A stretch of DNA of 64,000 bases from Bacteroidales bacterium (GTDB lineage Bacteria; Bacteroidota; Bacteroidia; Bacteroidales; 4484-276). A program made the translations under genes and the position numbers. Shown here piece after piece: positions 27,379 through 37,726 of the stretch. Every line of letters begins with the position of its first letter. Within the stretch, counting starts at the first letter, position 1. The DNA is taken from contig JACZJL010000027.1 in NCBI GenBank assembly GCA_014860585.1, positions 10,242 to 74,241 on the forward strand. The letters run 5' to 3'. The notes under the pieces are model-generated. The model saw only the letters and a program-made list of their open reading frames with translations. It did no database searches and was not told the origin of the DNA.

Positions 27379-29421
27379 TTAATTGGTTAGCGTTAAATCG
27401 TCAATGTAATAAGTAGTATCATCACCCAGGTTACCAAAATCAAAGAAGATAACCACGCGGTCGTAATAAAAATCGGGTGCTGCACTGAAATTGAAAATGA
27501 GCTCTTCCCAGGTATCCGAGACAGTCGTTGTCATATCAACTTCGAATGCTTCATTACCATTAGCTGAATTTTCGAGTTTCAGTTTGACAATAATTCCTGT
27601 TTTTGGCGACCAGGTTTTTACTTTAATAGAGGTGTAAGTGTCAAGATCAAGATTGTAACTTAGATCGAAGAAACTGCCGGCCCATGTTTCAGCGCCCTGT
27701 GGCTTGTTAAATTCAGCTACATGGCCTGATGTATTGATCCCGGTAGGATCAGGATTTTCGGTGACAAATGCGTAACCATTACCGAAGTCGGTAAAAGTGA
27801 TGGGTTCGCCTTCAAAATCTGCAAAAACCACTCCTGCACCCGGGCCTCCACCTTCACCTTTCAGCTCAATTTCGTCAAAGTAATACTCGTTGCCATTACC
27901 CGGATTTCCGAAATCGAAGAAAATCACGATGCGGATATAATCAGCTGCAGGTGCACCGGAGAAGTCATACTCGAGTTCTTCCCAGGCATTGGCAGTTGTG
28001 TTGGTTACATCCACCTCATGGGTGACGCTTGCATCCTGGTTTTCAATCTTTAATTTGACAACAATTCCACTCACCGGCGACCACGTAGCAACTTTCATTG
28101 TTTTGTAGTTTTCGAGATCGAGTACCTGGGTATGTTCAAAGAACGCCCCGGCCCATGTTTCAGCACCGGATGTTTTTGTAAGTTTGGCTACAGTAGCTGT
28201 AGTGTTTAAACCTGAGGGATCAGGATTTGCAAGTATTTCGATGTCGGCAATATTTCCGAAAGCTATGAATGCCGGGGGTTCGCCTTCAAAATTCTGAATA
28301 GGGAGTGTGGAAGGTGCACTTCCGGCGACAAGTTTCACATCATCGAAATAATAAGTGGCATCATCGCCAACATTACCAAAATCGAAGAAAAACACAATCT
28401 TTTGGTAGGTTTGGCTCACATCAATGGCAGAGAAATCGTATTCCAGCTCTTCCCATGAATTGCTTGTACTTGTCGTTGCATCTGCTTCAAATGCAATCTC
28501 ACCACTATCCAGGTTTTCTACCTTAAGTTTAACAACCGCCCCTGATTTCGGCGACCAGACTTTAAGTTTGAAGAGTTTATTCGTCGAAAAGTCTATCGGG
28601 GTTTCAAGAATCAGGAGGCTGCCGGCCCAAATCTCTGCACCTGCACCTTTCACTGCTTTTGCAACCCGCGCGCTGGTGTTGATACCACTTTGATCCGGAT
28701 TGTCAATTACTGTTGCGGTATTTCCGCCAAAGTCGAGAAAAGCATAGTTTACAGTAAAAGATTCAAAGTTGATTGGAAGATTAACCGGGTCGGATGCCGC
28801 TGAAATGGTGATCATTTCAGTGTATTCTGTGGTTGCTGCTCCTCCGCTCCTGGCAACAACCTTAATTTCGTAATCACCTGGTTCTTCGTAAAAGTTTGAG
28901 GCAACCTCTCCCGGTAATACGGTGACCGGAATTTCGTCAATCGTATCGCCAAAAAAAATGTCCATCACCGCAGCATAATCGGCAATGGCTGACACATTGA
29001 TGATCCTTGGATTTACTGCGTCAGCCTGGATGGTAACAACCAGGTTTTCTGGCGCCTTGAACGAAACGGTTAGGTCCTCCTGGTAGGTATTTGTCAGGCC
29101 GGTAAGACCAACTCCCGTGATTTCAACTTTGAAAACCCCCTCGGCGTAGGTATGGGTAATTTTGTCATTCACGGTGTATTCTGCTGGTACTTCATTTTCA
29201 ACGTCGCCGAATTTAATTTTATACCCGGTAACACCTTCGGCCTGCGGCATGATTGAAACCAAACCTGAATTATCCTGTGCTATATCGTAGGTTACAGCAT
29301 TGATTTTCGGTGCAGTTACATTGTTTACTTTGTCAAGGTTGTCAATTTCCTTTTCACAGGCTAAGCCGGCGAACAGGATTACAACAATCAGGAATATATT
29401 TTTCATCTTATTCATATACAT
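27379..29421 (-). CDS. PUL surface glycan-binding lipoprotein with three CBM-like repeats
   Basis: Leader ..MKNIFLIVVILFAGLAC. Two N-terminal Ig-like repeats are followed by three ~150-aa repeats (NPDxSG(I/L)NT..V(A)K..GAE(I/T)WAG....WSPxxG..VKLK(I/L)EN....W(E)ELxYDF....IV(I/F)FFDFGN..YY(F/I)DD). Confidence 0.75.
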   Translation of the reverse strand: MYMNKMKNIFLIVVILFAGLACEKEIDNLDKVNNVTAPKINAVTYDIAQDNSGLVSIMPQAEGVTGYKIKFGDVENEVPAEYTVNDKITHTYAEGVFKVEITGVGLTGLTNTYQEDLTVSFKAPENLVVTIQADAVNPRIINVSAIADYAAVMDIFFGDTIDEIPVTVLPGEVASNFYEEPGDYEIKVVARSGGAATTEYTEMITISAASDPVNLPINFESFTVNYAFLDFGGNTATVIDNPDQSGINTSARVAKAVKGAGAEIWAGSLLILETPIDFSTNKLFKLKVWSPKSGAVVKLKVENLDSGEIAFEADATTSTSNSWEELEYDFSAIDVSQTYQKIVFFFDFGNVGDDATYYFDDVKLVAGSAPSTLPIQNFEGEPPAFIAFGNIADIEILANPDPSGLNTTATVAKLTKTSGAETWAGAFFEHTQVLDLENYKTMKVATWSPVSGIVVKLKIENQDASVTHEVDVTNTTANAWEELEYDFSGAPAADYIRIVIFFDFGNPGNGNEYYFDEIELKGEGGGPGAGVVFADFEGEPITFTDFGNGYAFVTENPDPTGINTSGHVAEFNKPQGAETWAGSFFDLSYNLDLDTYTSIKVKTWSPKTGIIVKLKLENSANGNEAFEVDMTTTVSDTWEELIFNFSAAPDFYYDRVVIFFDFGNLGDDTTYYIDDLTLTN

Positions 29422-29435
29422 CTATTGTTTATTGA

Positions 29436-30920
29436 TTAGTAACCAGAATTTTGCATCCAGTTTCCATTTGAAAAATTTATCTCTTCGATGGGAACGGGAA
29501 ACAATTCATGTTTTCCGGTTATGAACCCATCAATCTCGCTGGCAGCCTGGCCAGTGCGCACGAGGTCGAAGAAACGATGACCTTCGCCCATCAGTTCCAC
29601 ATAGCGTTCATGCCAGATGGCATCAGTGAGTGCAGCACCGGTTAAGGTGACGTCATGATTATTGTCGCCAAATGCCCTTCGGCGAACCAAATTCAGATAA
29701 TCCTGCGCCCTTGTGTCATCAATACCGCCACGGTTGAGTGCTTCGGCAGCCATAAGTAAAACATCGGCATAGCGGATAGCCCTGTAGTTATTGGGGTTGG
29801 TCAGATTAAGGTCGTTTTGTGCCTCGGGTCTTCTTTTACGGGGAAGATATTTACGGTTGAAATACCCGGTATGCTCGTTGCCGGTAGTGTAGGCAGCACC
29901 CATAGTATCAGCCCAGGCCTGTATGTCGAGAATAGTGACCCCGACGCGAAGGTCTCCCGGTTCGAAAGCATCAACTGCCTTTTGAACTGGCACATTGAAA
30001 CTGAACCCGGGCGAAAATAGTGGTCCGTCGTAACCGCGAACGCCGCTAAAGCCCACAGCTATGTTCCCCTCACTGCATTGGAGGCAACCGAATCCGGCGC
30101 CTTCAACATCAGTATATTGAACTTCGAAAACCGATTCGGGACCGTTTTCTCCCTCCATTTCCCACATATCATTATAGTTAGTCGCTAGTGAATAATTTCC
30201 ATCCATTATCACCTGTTCGAGCACATTTGCAGCTTCGGTAAATTCGTCCTGGTAGAGATAAACCTTGCCAAGCAACGATTGTGCTGCTCCTTTGGAAACC
30301 TGGCCAATTGTTGTCGGATTGGCTGTCAGAACTTCCGAGGCATAGATCAGATCAGCTTCTATCTGAGCATAAACATCTGCAACAGGTGAACGCGGAATTG
30401 AGGTTTCATCACCCAGTTGAAACCGCTTATCAATTTTCAGTGGAACTGGTCCAAACCATTTTACCAGTTCAAAATAGTAATAAGCTCTCAGAAACCGGAC
30501 CTCGCCGATCATATGCTCTTTGCCGTCAAAATCGATTTTATCTTTAAACTCCATGAAATAATTCGCACGCTGCACACCGGCAAACATCCAGTTCCAGATA
30601 TCCTTGAGGTTACTGTTGGTAGATGTGTGGATCATATCGTCAACCTGCTGCCATCCAATGACATCGGTTGGGCTTTCCCCACCGCAAAGGGTATTGTCGG
30701 ATGCAATTTCGCCAAGTATTGCATTGGCATAGGTGGTTTGCAGCAGGTCGTAAGTAGCTACCAGCGCCATATAATAGTCGTCTGGCGAGTTAAAATAGTT
30801 TTCCGAATCAATGGAATACTCCGGGGATACTTTTACAAAATCATCAGAACATGAAATGAAAAATGCAGTGATGGTAAAAAGCCCCGTTAAAACTGTTTTG
30901 TTAAATATATTCTTTGTCAT
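29436..30920 (-). CDS. susD: SusD/RagB-family outer-membrane glycan-binding lipoprotein
   Basis: Leader MTKNIFNKTVLTGLFTITAFFISC from ATG 30920, 10 nt after the SusC stop. SusD-like motifs FLRAYYYFELVKWFGPVPL and RAIRYADVLLMAAEA. Confidence 0.9.
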   Translation of the reverse strand: MTKNIFNKTVLTGLFTITAFFISCSDDFVKVSPEYSIDSENYFNSPDDYYMALVATYDLLQTTYANAILGEIASDNTLCGGESPTDVIGWQQVDDMIHTSTNSNLKDIWNWMFAGVQRANYFMEFKDKIDFDGKEHMIGEVRFLRAYYYFELVKWFGPVPLKIDKRFQLGDETSIPRSPVADVYAQIEADLIYASEVLTANPTTIGQVSKGAAQSLLGKVYLYQDEFTEAANVLEQVIMDGNYSLATNYNDMWEMEGENGPESVFEVQYTDVEGAGFGCLQCSEGNIAVGFSGVRGYDGPLFSPGFSFNVPVQKAVDAFEPGDLRVGVTILDIQAWADTMGAAYTTGNEHTGYFNRKYLPRKRRPEAQNDLNLTNPNNYRAIRYADVLLMAAEALNRGGIDDTRAQDYLNLVRRRAFGDNNHDVTLTGAALTDAIWHERYVELMGEGHRFFDLVRTGQAASEIDGFITGKHELFPVPIEEINFSNGNWMQNSGY

Positions 30921-30930
30921 GGCTTTCGAA

Positions 30931-33900
30931 TTATATGTTAATGTTAAATCCAAAAAGGTAAGTCCGGGCTGCAGGATAGAAACCATCATCGAAGCCTGAA
31001 CCAATGGGAGCTCCACTTGAAGCTGCAGGATCAAATCCCTGGTACTTTGTGAGTGTAAACAAGTTGTTGATGGCAAAATAGAAGCGAACCTCCTGTATGC
31101 CAATTTTCATGCTTGTCATTTCAGGGATACGGTAACCAAGCACCATTCTTTGAAGTCTTACATAGGATCCGTCTTCGACATAAAAATCGGAGAAGATATT
31201 ATTGGCAGTGGCGGCGGTGGTTACCCTGGGCACGTCGTTGCTTGTTCCTTCACCTGTCCACCTGTCCATGATATAGCTCATGCGGTTAACATTCGGCTGT
31301 GTACGTTCGTAATTTCTTACAATGTCGTTACCAATGCTTGCAAAGGCATAAGCAGTAAAGTCGAAATTTTTATATTTCAAAGTCAGGTTCAAACCCATCA
31401 GGGATGCAGGTATGGGGCTTCCAATATTGGTTCTGTCGTCTGAATTGATGATTTCATCACCATTGGTATCAACATACCTGATATCACCGGGTTGAGCTTC
31501 GGCGCCTAGAGCGATTTGAGAGGGATGAGCATCCACTTCAGCCTGAGACTGGAAAACACCGTCCGTTTGATATCCATAAAAATATCCTATAGGAAGGCCA
31601 ACTTCCATCCGTGCCGGCAGCGGTTGACCGACACCAAAGCTTCCTCCTTCGACGAAACCCGTTCCATTATTTACTTCCAGTACTTCATTATTAAGTAAGG
31701 TCAGGTTGTAATTTACCTGGTAACTAAAATCTTTTCCAACCATACCACGGTAACCGGTGGAAAATTCAAAGCCACTGTTACGCACAGTTCCAGCATTGGA
31801 TGTAGGAGCTGCAGCACCGGGAGCTGAGGTACCGAAAATACCGGATACCGGGATATTACTGATCAGCAGGTTTTCTGTGGTTTTAACAAAATAGTCGGCC
31901 ATAAACTCGAGCCTGTCATTCAGGAAATGCAAATCAAAACCAAGGTCAAACTGTTCCGATTGTTCCCATTTGATGCTGGGGTTAGCCAGTGGACCAATAG
32001 CCCTGCCATTCACAAGTTGGTTATCCAATACATAGGTGCCCTCGCCATTTAAGGTTGAAATGAACCGGTAATCACCAATTTTATCTGAGCCCAGTATACC
32101 GTAGCTCAATCTGAATTTCAGCAGGTTTATGTCTTTGTATTTGTCCATGAATGATTCATCCGAGATGATCCATCCGAGGGTTGCTGAAGGGAAATAGGCC
32201 ACGGTATTGTCCGGGCCGAATTTGGTAGAGGCATCACGTCTTAGCATCACCGATGCCAGGTATTTGCCCATGTAATCGTATTGACCACGGGCAAAATAAG
32301 AGAGCCTGCGCTGGTCATAGGTGTAAGAACCCGTTGTTTTCGAATCTACCAGTCCGTTAGCGAGGCTGATATCGGCAAAGTCCCATGAATTATTGGGAAC
32401 ATCCCAGCCTGTTGCATTCAGATTGTCTCCATAGGTTTTAAATATTGTTGTACCAATAGTACCAGTGATATGGTGAACATCTTCCAAAGTATTATCATAG
32501 GTGACAAAAGCATCGAATGTGTAATCATTGAAATTGTCACGGCTTTGATAAACACTGCTGCGGGTTACGTCAAATACTTTTCCGCCATAATCCACTTGCT
32601 TGGAGAATGATTTGTACTTGGCCGTAGTCGAATTGAACCCGATACGGGTTGTAGCTGTAAAATGTTGAGCAAAACTTGCATCGAGGCCAACATTCCCGTT
32701 CCATTTGTTCAGATTGTAATCGTTGAAAGTGTTGGCAACCTGCTGTAACGGATTGATAATTTCGATTCCGAGGTTTGACGGCGCCGGATTAAAATCCCCG
32801 CCCGGTTTGTAAATGGGCACGGTTGATGGCATATTCACAGCATTGAACAGCACCGATCCTAATCCAAAATCATTAAATGAACTACGGTTAATATAGGTGT
32901 AGGTTAATGTGGTATTTACCTTAAGCCAATCAGTAAGGTCTGCCCCCATTGCCATACGGGCGGTGTTTCTGGCAAATCCTGACTTGTCTCCTCCAATGAT
33001 ACCTTCCTGACGCAAATCTGATGCACTGATGGAGTAATTCATACTGCTTGAACCGCCATAAACCCTGATGTTATTGTCAAGGATAGGCGCAGATTCAAAC
33101 AGTTCACTTTGCCAATTGGTACCTTCACCCAGGCCTGAAATATCAGGGTATGGCATCGCCTGACCATTAGCTACATAACTTTCATTTAAAATCACAGCGT
33201 ACTCGGTCGCATTAAGCAAAGGGAGCATGCGGGTGGTTTCCTGGATTCCAAACGAACTGTTGATATCCACTTTGGTGGGCATATCTCTTTTACCGTTTTT
33301 TGTGGTGACAAGGATAATTCCATTGGCGCCAACGGTTCCATAAATGGCAGCCTGGGCATCTTTGAGTACTGTAATAGTCTCGATGTCGTTAGGGTTGAGC
33401 GTATTCAGGTCTCCCTGGTATCCGTCGATGATCACTACCGGTGATGCATCGCCGTTAGTGGAAATACCCCTGATCCTGATATCCAGACCTGCGCCCGGAG
33501 CCCCGGATTGCGGAGTAACGTTCACACCTGTTACTGTTCCTTGCAAGGCTTCTTCAACTTTTACAGGTTTCAGCCTGTCAATAGTACTTGATCCCACAGT
33601 AGATACAGCACCGGTTAAATCCTTTTTCTTTACGGTACCATAGCCAATCACCACCAACTCATCCAAACCCGTGGACTCAAACTCCATGGATACATTGATA
33701 ATCAGCTGGCCGCTGTACACAACTTCCATGGTTTTCATCCCAACAAAGGAAAAGACAATTGTCGATTCAGCCGGTACATCATTTAACGTAAATGCTCCGT
33801 CTATGTCCGTAGTGGTTCCGGTAAACGTACCTTTAACAAGTACGGTCACCCCGGGGATAGGCAAGCCATCATCAGCAGAGGTCACAACACCCGTTAGGCT

Positions 33901-33972
33901 GCGTTGTTGAGCGCTGAGGGATGTCACAATGATCAGTAAGATGATCATTAAACTTGTAAATTGTTTACTCAT
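30931..33972 (-). CDS. susC: SusC-type TonB-dependent transporter
   Basis: 1013 aa with a signal peptide. Carboxypeptidase-regulatory-like domain: LTGVVTSADDGLPIPGVTVLVKGT. SusC/RagA signature: DELVVIGYGTVKKKDLTGAVSTV. Plug region plus a long beta-barrel ending ..TYLFGFNINI. Confidence 0.95.
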   Translation of the reverse strand: MSKQFTSLMIILLIIVTSLSAQQRSLTGVVTSADDGLPIPGVTVLVKGTFTGTTTDIDGAFTLNDVPAESTIVFSFVGMKTMEVVYSGQLIINVSMEFESTGLDELVVIGYGTVKKKDLTGAVSTVGSSTIDRLKPVKVEEALQGTVTGVNVTPQSGAPGAGLDIRIRGISTNGDASPVVIIDGYQGDLNTLNPNDIETITVLKDAQAAIYGTVGANGIILVTTKNGKRDMPTKVDINSSFGIQETTRMLPLLNATEYAVILNESYVANGQAMPYPDISGLGEGTNWQSELFESAPILDNNIRVYGGSSSMNYSISASDLRQEGIIGGDKSGFARNTARMAMGADLTDWLKVNTTLTYTYINRSSFNDFGLGSVLFNAVNMPSTVPIYKPGGDFNPAPSNLGIEIINPLQQVANTFNDYNLNKWNGNVGLDASFAQHFTATTRIGFNSTTAKYKSFSKQVDYGGKVFDVTRSSVYQSRDNFNDYTFDAFVTYDNTLEDVHHITGTIGTTIFKTYGDNLNATGWDVPNNSWDFADISLANGLVDSKTTGSYTYDQRRLSYFARGQYDYMGKYLASVMLRRDASTKFGPDNTVAYFPSATLGWIISDESFMDKYKDINLLKFRLSYGILGSDKIGDYRFISTLNGEGTYVLDNQLVNGRAIGPLANPSIKWEQSEQFDLGFDLHFLNDRLEFMADYFVKTTENLLISNIPVSGIFGTSAPGAAAPTSNAGTVRNSGFEFSTGYRGMVGKDFSYQVNYNLTLLNNEVLEVNNGTGFVEGGSFGVGQPLPARMEVGLPIGYFYGYQTDGVFQSQAEVDAHPSQIALGAEAQPGDIRYVDTNGDEIINSDDRTNIGSPIPASLMGLNLTLKYKNFDFTAYAFASIGNDIVRNYERTQPNVNRMSYIMDRWTGEGTSNDVPRVTTAATANNIFSDFYVEDGSYVRLQRMVLGYRIPEMTSMKIGIQEVRFYFAINNLFTLTKYQGFDPAASSGAPIGSGFDDGFYPAARTYLFGFNINI

Positions 33973-34019
33973 AAGGCATCATTTGATTTTTAATAAGTTT
34001 ATGTTCCGAAATCTGAGCA

Positions 34020-34027
34020 CAAAGTTA
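34020..34027 (-). promoter_or_regulatory. -7 box candidate (TAACTTTG) upstream of susC
   Basis: The minus-strand octamer TAACTTTG fits TAnnTTTG, 48 nt upstream of the susC ATG. The identical octamer occurs at 10995-11002. I found no well-spaced TTTG -33 box. Confidence 0.25.
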
Positions 34028-34273
34028 ATATACATATTTTAGTGATAAAAATTTTTGACATTCTCAAAAACTCAACAGAACAAACAATAACCTACATCAA
34101 CACTACATCAATTAGGATTTAAATCGTTGAATTATAAATTGATATAAAATTAAAAACAACAGTTTTTGCCTGCGACTTTTACCATTAGTCAAGACCTGTT
34201 TTTTTACCCAAATGTCAGGGATGAAATCGTGGGTTATGTTTTACCAATTGTAATCATAGATCAACTGACATCA

Positions 34274-37171
34274 TTAATAATTCAGAATAAAATCCGTCAG
34301 GTTCGTATCATGATCGAGTTGCAGTTTTTTACGGAGACGGTAACGGCTGATTTCAACTCCCCTCAACGATATATTCATCAAAGTGGCAATTTCTTTGCTC
34401 GAAATATTGAGCCTGAGGTAGGCGCATAGTTTTAATTCCCGTGGCGAGAGGTCAGGATAGTTTTTCCTGAGCCGTTTGAGAAACTCTTCATGGACATTTT
34501 CAAAATGACTTTCAAAAACTTCCCATTGTTTTTCTGAATCAATGCTGCGGTTGATCTTTTTATTGATGCCGTGAATCTGATTCACCGCAGGGTGTTTGCC
34601 CAACTCTCTCATCAGTTTACGGAGATCATTTTTAATGGCTGTCAGTGATTTGCTTTTCTGAATGATCTGCATGGTAGTATTGGCCAGCTCTTTATCTTTT
34701 TGGATCTTCTCCGATTGAAGTTTCTCGTTGCGCAACTTTATCACCTCCTGCTCGGCCAGCAGCGAATCGATCTGCAACTGTTTTTCACGCTCAATAAAGA
34801 GTTGTCTCTGCTCTTCTTCAGCAGCTTTTCGTGCCCTCTCAATTCTGTAGCGCATGTATTTTCCAAAAAGCAGGATCAGCAGAATCAGCAAAATCACATA
34901 AAAAGCATAAGCATATTTGCTTAAATACCAAGGAGGAAGGATAGTGAAGGTCAGTGTGGCCGTTTCGCTTTCAACGCCAAAAATGTTGATGGCTTTAACT
35001 TTAAATACGTAATCCCCATGACTCAGATTGGTGAACTGCCGCAATGATCCGTTTTTCCAATCCAACCAGTCTTCTTCAAAACCTTCAAGTTGTGTCAAAA
35101 ACCTCAGATGATCGGGGTTTTCAAAATCATTGGCTGAAAATTCAAATTGAAGATGATTGTATCTAAAAGGTAAGGTTGCTGTAAAATGATTCCCTGAAGG
35201 AGTTCCTTTATAAATCAGCGAATCAATCCCAGAAAGAATCTGCATACTTCTGATAAATGCTTTGAAAGGTTGCTGGTAATCCTTGCTGTAATTCGGGGTG
35301 TAATGGGCAAATCCCGACTGTGTGCTTATAAAAACATTTTTTTCGTCGTGGGGGTAAACAAACTGAAACCATTTAATAAACTTACCTTTGAGTTCCCTGA
35401 AAGGGATTTCGACCTCGGCAAAATTCCCGTCTTCCTTTTTCCTGTAAACGCCTACTTCATCCAGAGTAAAATACCAGATATTTCCTTGCGTGTCTTCTTT
35501 CAGGATATTTATGTCACTTCGCGATAAACGATTTGAAAGGCGTTCATCCAAAACAAAACTGTCGGTTTCGGGCGAATACCTGTAAATACCCTTGCCTGTT
35601 GTAAAAACGGGTTTACTGCCGATATCGAAAACACTAATATCTTTATCAGAGGGGAAGCCATTCCGTCTGTTGAAAAAATCAACACGGACAATACTATCAT
35701 AGGCTTCGTTAAAATGTGCACGAAAAACACCCTTGTAACCATGGCTAATCCAAATGCTTTGCGAATCGGCATTGGCAAGAAACTTTGATGATTCCTTAAA
35801 TCCTTTTATCTGGGTTCCTTTTGACCATTTTCCATTCTTCCGTTCAAACTTGACCAGAAAAGTGTAGGTCCCGCAAATCACAATATCCTTCTGCCCTGTG
35901 GGCTGAATAAAAGACCATCCTCCCTGGATGTTGGAGACCATCTCAGCCCGGGTCTCATTGATCACAAAAATGCCAGAATTGTGCCCGCAAAATAACGTTC
36001 CATCAATAACCTCCAATGCCCAAACTTGTCCCTGAGTTCCCGGCACCAGGTTAAACTTTTGATCTGTACCGCCCCTGATAAGGGACTTCCAGTCATGGTA
36101 AAAAACACCCCGGTTTGTTCCGAAATAGATTCGCCCCTGATGCATTACCGCCGTATACCCTGAACTCAGATTGTTATAGGTGGAAAAGAAGGTTAATGGC
36201 GAATTGATCTCGACATAATCAATCCCATTGTCCAGTCCCAGCCAGAGATTTGAAAACTGGTCAACTTGTAAACTCAACACTGTATTGTTCTGCAGCCCTT
36301 TATTGATGTTGATGTGCTGCAACAAGTTGCCCGCTGTATCACAAATTACAACGCCGTTCTGAATAGTTCCAAACGCCCATGTGGCGCCGTCAAGCGGTAA
36401 GGCACAAAACACCTGGAATTGTTTGAGCCGCTCTGAAACTGGAGTGGCCCATTCTGTAATGCTGTTATTGTCCCACATAAAAATGCCTTCATCTGCAGTA
36501 GCGATCAAAATTGATTTACCTTTTGGAAGCATGGCCCAAATAAGTTTCCCGGCCAGTTTCCCGGCGCCATTCAATTGTACCAGTTGATCATCTTTAAGTA
36601 AAAATAGTCCCTGCATCTGATCATTGATGAATAACTGATCGTTTACCATAAAGGAAAAATGAAACATGCCGGGCGCTTCGATCACTTTCAGGGTATCATT
36701 GCGGTAGATCATTAGTTGGGTGAAAGTTTGAAATACTATCCCACCTGCTGCCTCGTGTATCTTCCAAATATCGCCGAAATCTCTGAGGTTTTCCGGGATT
36801 AACTGATAAAGTGAATGGAATACCAAATCGCCGGTTGAATCAGCTTCAAAAAATCCTAACTCATTGTATCCACCGGCATAAATTCGACCATCTCCTGTGG
36901 CTTTTATACTGCGCACAACTGTGCGTAAGGGCAACGGATACTTACGCCATTTCAACCCGTCAAACTCAAGCACCCCGTCATTGTTGGCAAAATAAGCAAG
37001 GCCCGACGAGCCGATATCTATCATCCAGTTCTGGGTTCCCGCTTGTACGATGGAGTGATCATAATTCCTTACTGGCGGTGTTCCAATGATTTTTACCTCG
37101 GCAAGCAGAAATAAATCTGCGAACACGAATTGTAAAAGAAAGATGCTGATTATTTTCAACCTACCAGTCAT
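34274..37171 (-). CDS. Transmembrane PUL sensor/regulator: periplasmic beta-propeller repeats + Y_Y_Y domain + TM + coiled coil + LuxR-type HTH (no histidine-kinase domain)
   Basis: 965 aa with a signal/anchor at the N-terminus. Repeated propeller-like units are present. The Y_Y_Y-like region is GDYVFKVKAINIFGVES. The TM segment is YAFYVILLILLILLFGKY. The C-terminus SPRELKLCAYLRLNISSKEIATLMNISLRGVEISRYRLRKKL is a LuxR/GerE HTH. Confidence 0.85.
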   Translation of the reverse strand: MTGRLKIISIFLLQFVFADLFLLAEVKIIGTPPVRNYDHSIVQAGTQNWMIDIGSSGLAYFANNDGVLEFDGLKWRKYPLPLRTVVRSIKATGDGRIYAGGYNELGFFEADSTGDLVFHSLYQLIPENLRDFGDIWKIHEAAGGIVFQTFTQLMIYRNDTLKVIEAPGMFHFSFMVNDQLFINDQMQGLFLLKDDQLVQLNGAGKLAGKLIWAMLPKGKSILIATADEGIFMWDNNSITEWATPVSERLKQFQVFCALPLDGATWAFGTIQNGVVICDTAGNLLQHININKGLQNNTVLSLQVDQFSNLWLGLDNGIDYVEINSPLTFFSTYNNLSSGYTAVMHQGRIYFGTNRGVFYHDWKSLIRGGTDQKFNLVPGTQGQVWALEVIDGTLFCGHNSGIFVINETRAEMVSNIQGGWSFIQPTGQKDIVICGTYTFLVKFERKNGKWSKGTQIKGFKESSKFLANADSQSIWISHGYKGVFRAHFNEAYDSIVRVDFFNRRNGFPSDKDISVFDIGSKPVFTTGKGIYRYSPETDSFVLDERLSNRLSRSDINILKEDTQGNIWYFTLDEVGVYRKKEDGNFAEVEIPFRELKGKFIKWFQFVYPHDEKNVFISTQSGFAHYTPNYSKDYQQPFKAFIRSMQILSGIDSLIYKGTPSGNHFTATLPFRYNHLQFEFSANDFENPDHLRFLTQLEGFEEDWLDWKNGSLRQFTNLSHGDYVFKVKAINIFGVESETATLTFTILPPWYLSKYAYAFYVILLILLILLFGKYMRYRIERARKAAEEEQRQLFIEREKQLQIDSLLAEQEVIKLRNEKLQSEKIQKDKELANTTMQIIQKSKSLTAIKNDLRKLMRELGKHPAVNQIHGINKKINRSIDSEKQWEVFESHFENVHEEFLKRLRKNYPDLSPRELKLCAYLRLNISSKEIATLMNISLRGVEISRYRLRKKLQLDHDTNLTDFILNY

Positions 37172-37457
37172 TTTACTATCCCGCTGTAAATATTTTTTAA
37201 AAATCCATTGGCAAAAATAATCAAAGATAGTTTTGATGAGATGGTTTTGTGGAATAACATGAGCACAACTTAATTTTTACAAGCAATGACCAAACGCTAA
37301 AAGGACTGGTTTTGTAAAAGTATCAAATTGAAACGGTGATGATCAGTTGAATAAGGTTCTGTTTTTCCGGGAAATATCCATGTAGTTTAATTTTTCAGTG
37401 AAAGAATGGAGAGTTTTTCAAAAATGTTAATTTTGTTCCTGTTTAAAATATGTGTCA

Positions 37458-37504
37458 GCAAGAAAACGCCTGTTTTGAATATCACATTTTAAGAGTTTTC
37501 TTGC
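37458..37504. repeat. Hairpin sharing the terminal inverted-repeat core of the 16313-16454 element
   Basis: gcaagaaaac (37458-37467) / gttttcttgc (37495-37504), 10-bp perfect with a 27-nt spacer. The same GCAAGAAAAC/GTTTTCTTGC core forms the ends of element A. Confidence 0.4.
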
Positions 37505-37726
37505 GTGCACCATTAAGTAAGAGGAAAATATTAATATCAAAACTGGACTGATTTGAAGTATGTTGTTGCATTTTTGGAGGTGGGAATTGCTGTTAATAAA
37601 TTCAATATTAAACTTTCGCACGCATTATTTCCTTTCTTGCCTCTTTTGACAATCACATCATTTTATCATCATAGTTTACTTTAGTTTAGGAATCAATTTC
37701 TCATGAACACTTAACTAAAACTGATT

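Noticed and set aside
30921-31103. N-terminal extensions of track ORFs: SusD to 31103, GH16 to 26331, giant protein to 5567, sugar porter to 24693, ACAD to 56162, dNK from 57372, nuclease from 63318.
   Set aside because: The extensions overlap upstream genes or add non-leader sequence. Internal ATGs give canonical signal or lipoprotein leaders, or the conserved N-termini.
37427-37621. 64-aa minus-strand ORF in the divergent intergenic region.
   Set aside because: It is AT-rich, low-complexity and overlaps the 37458-37504 hairpin. It has no supporting signal. A small membrane peptide cannot be excluded but is unsupported.
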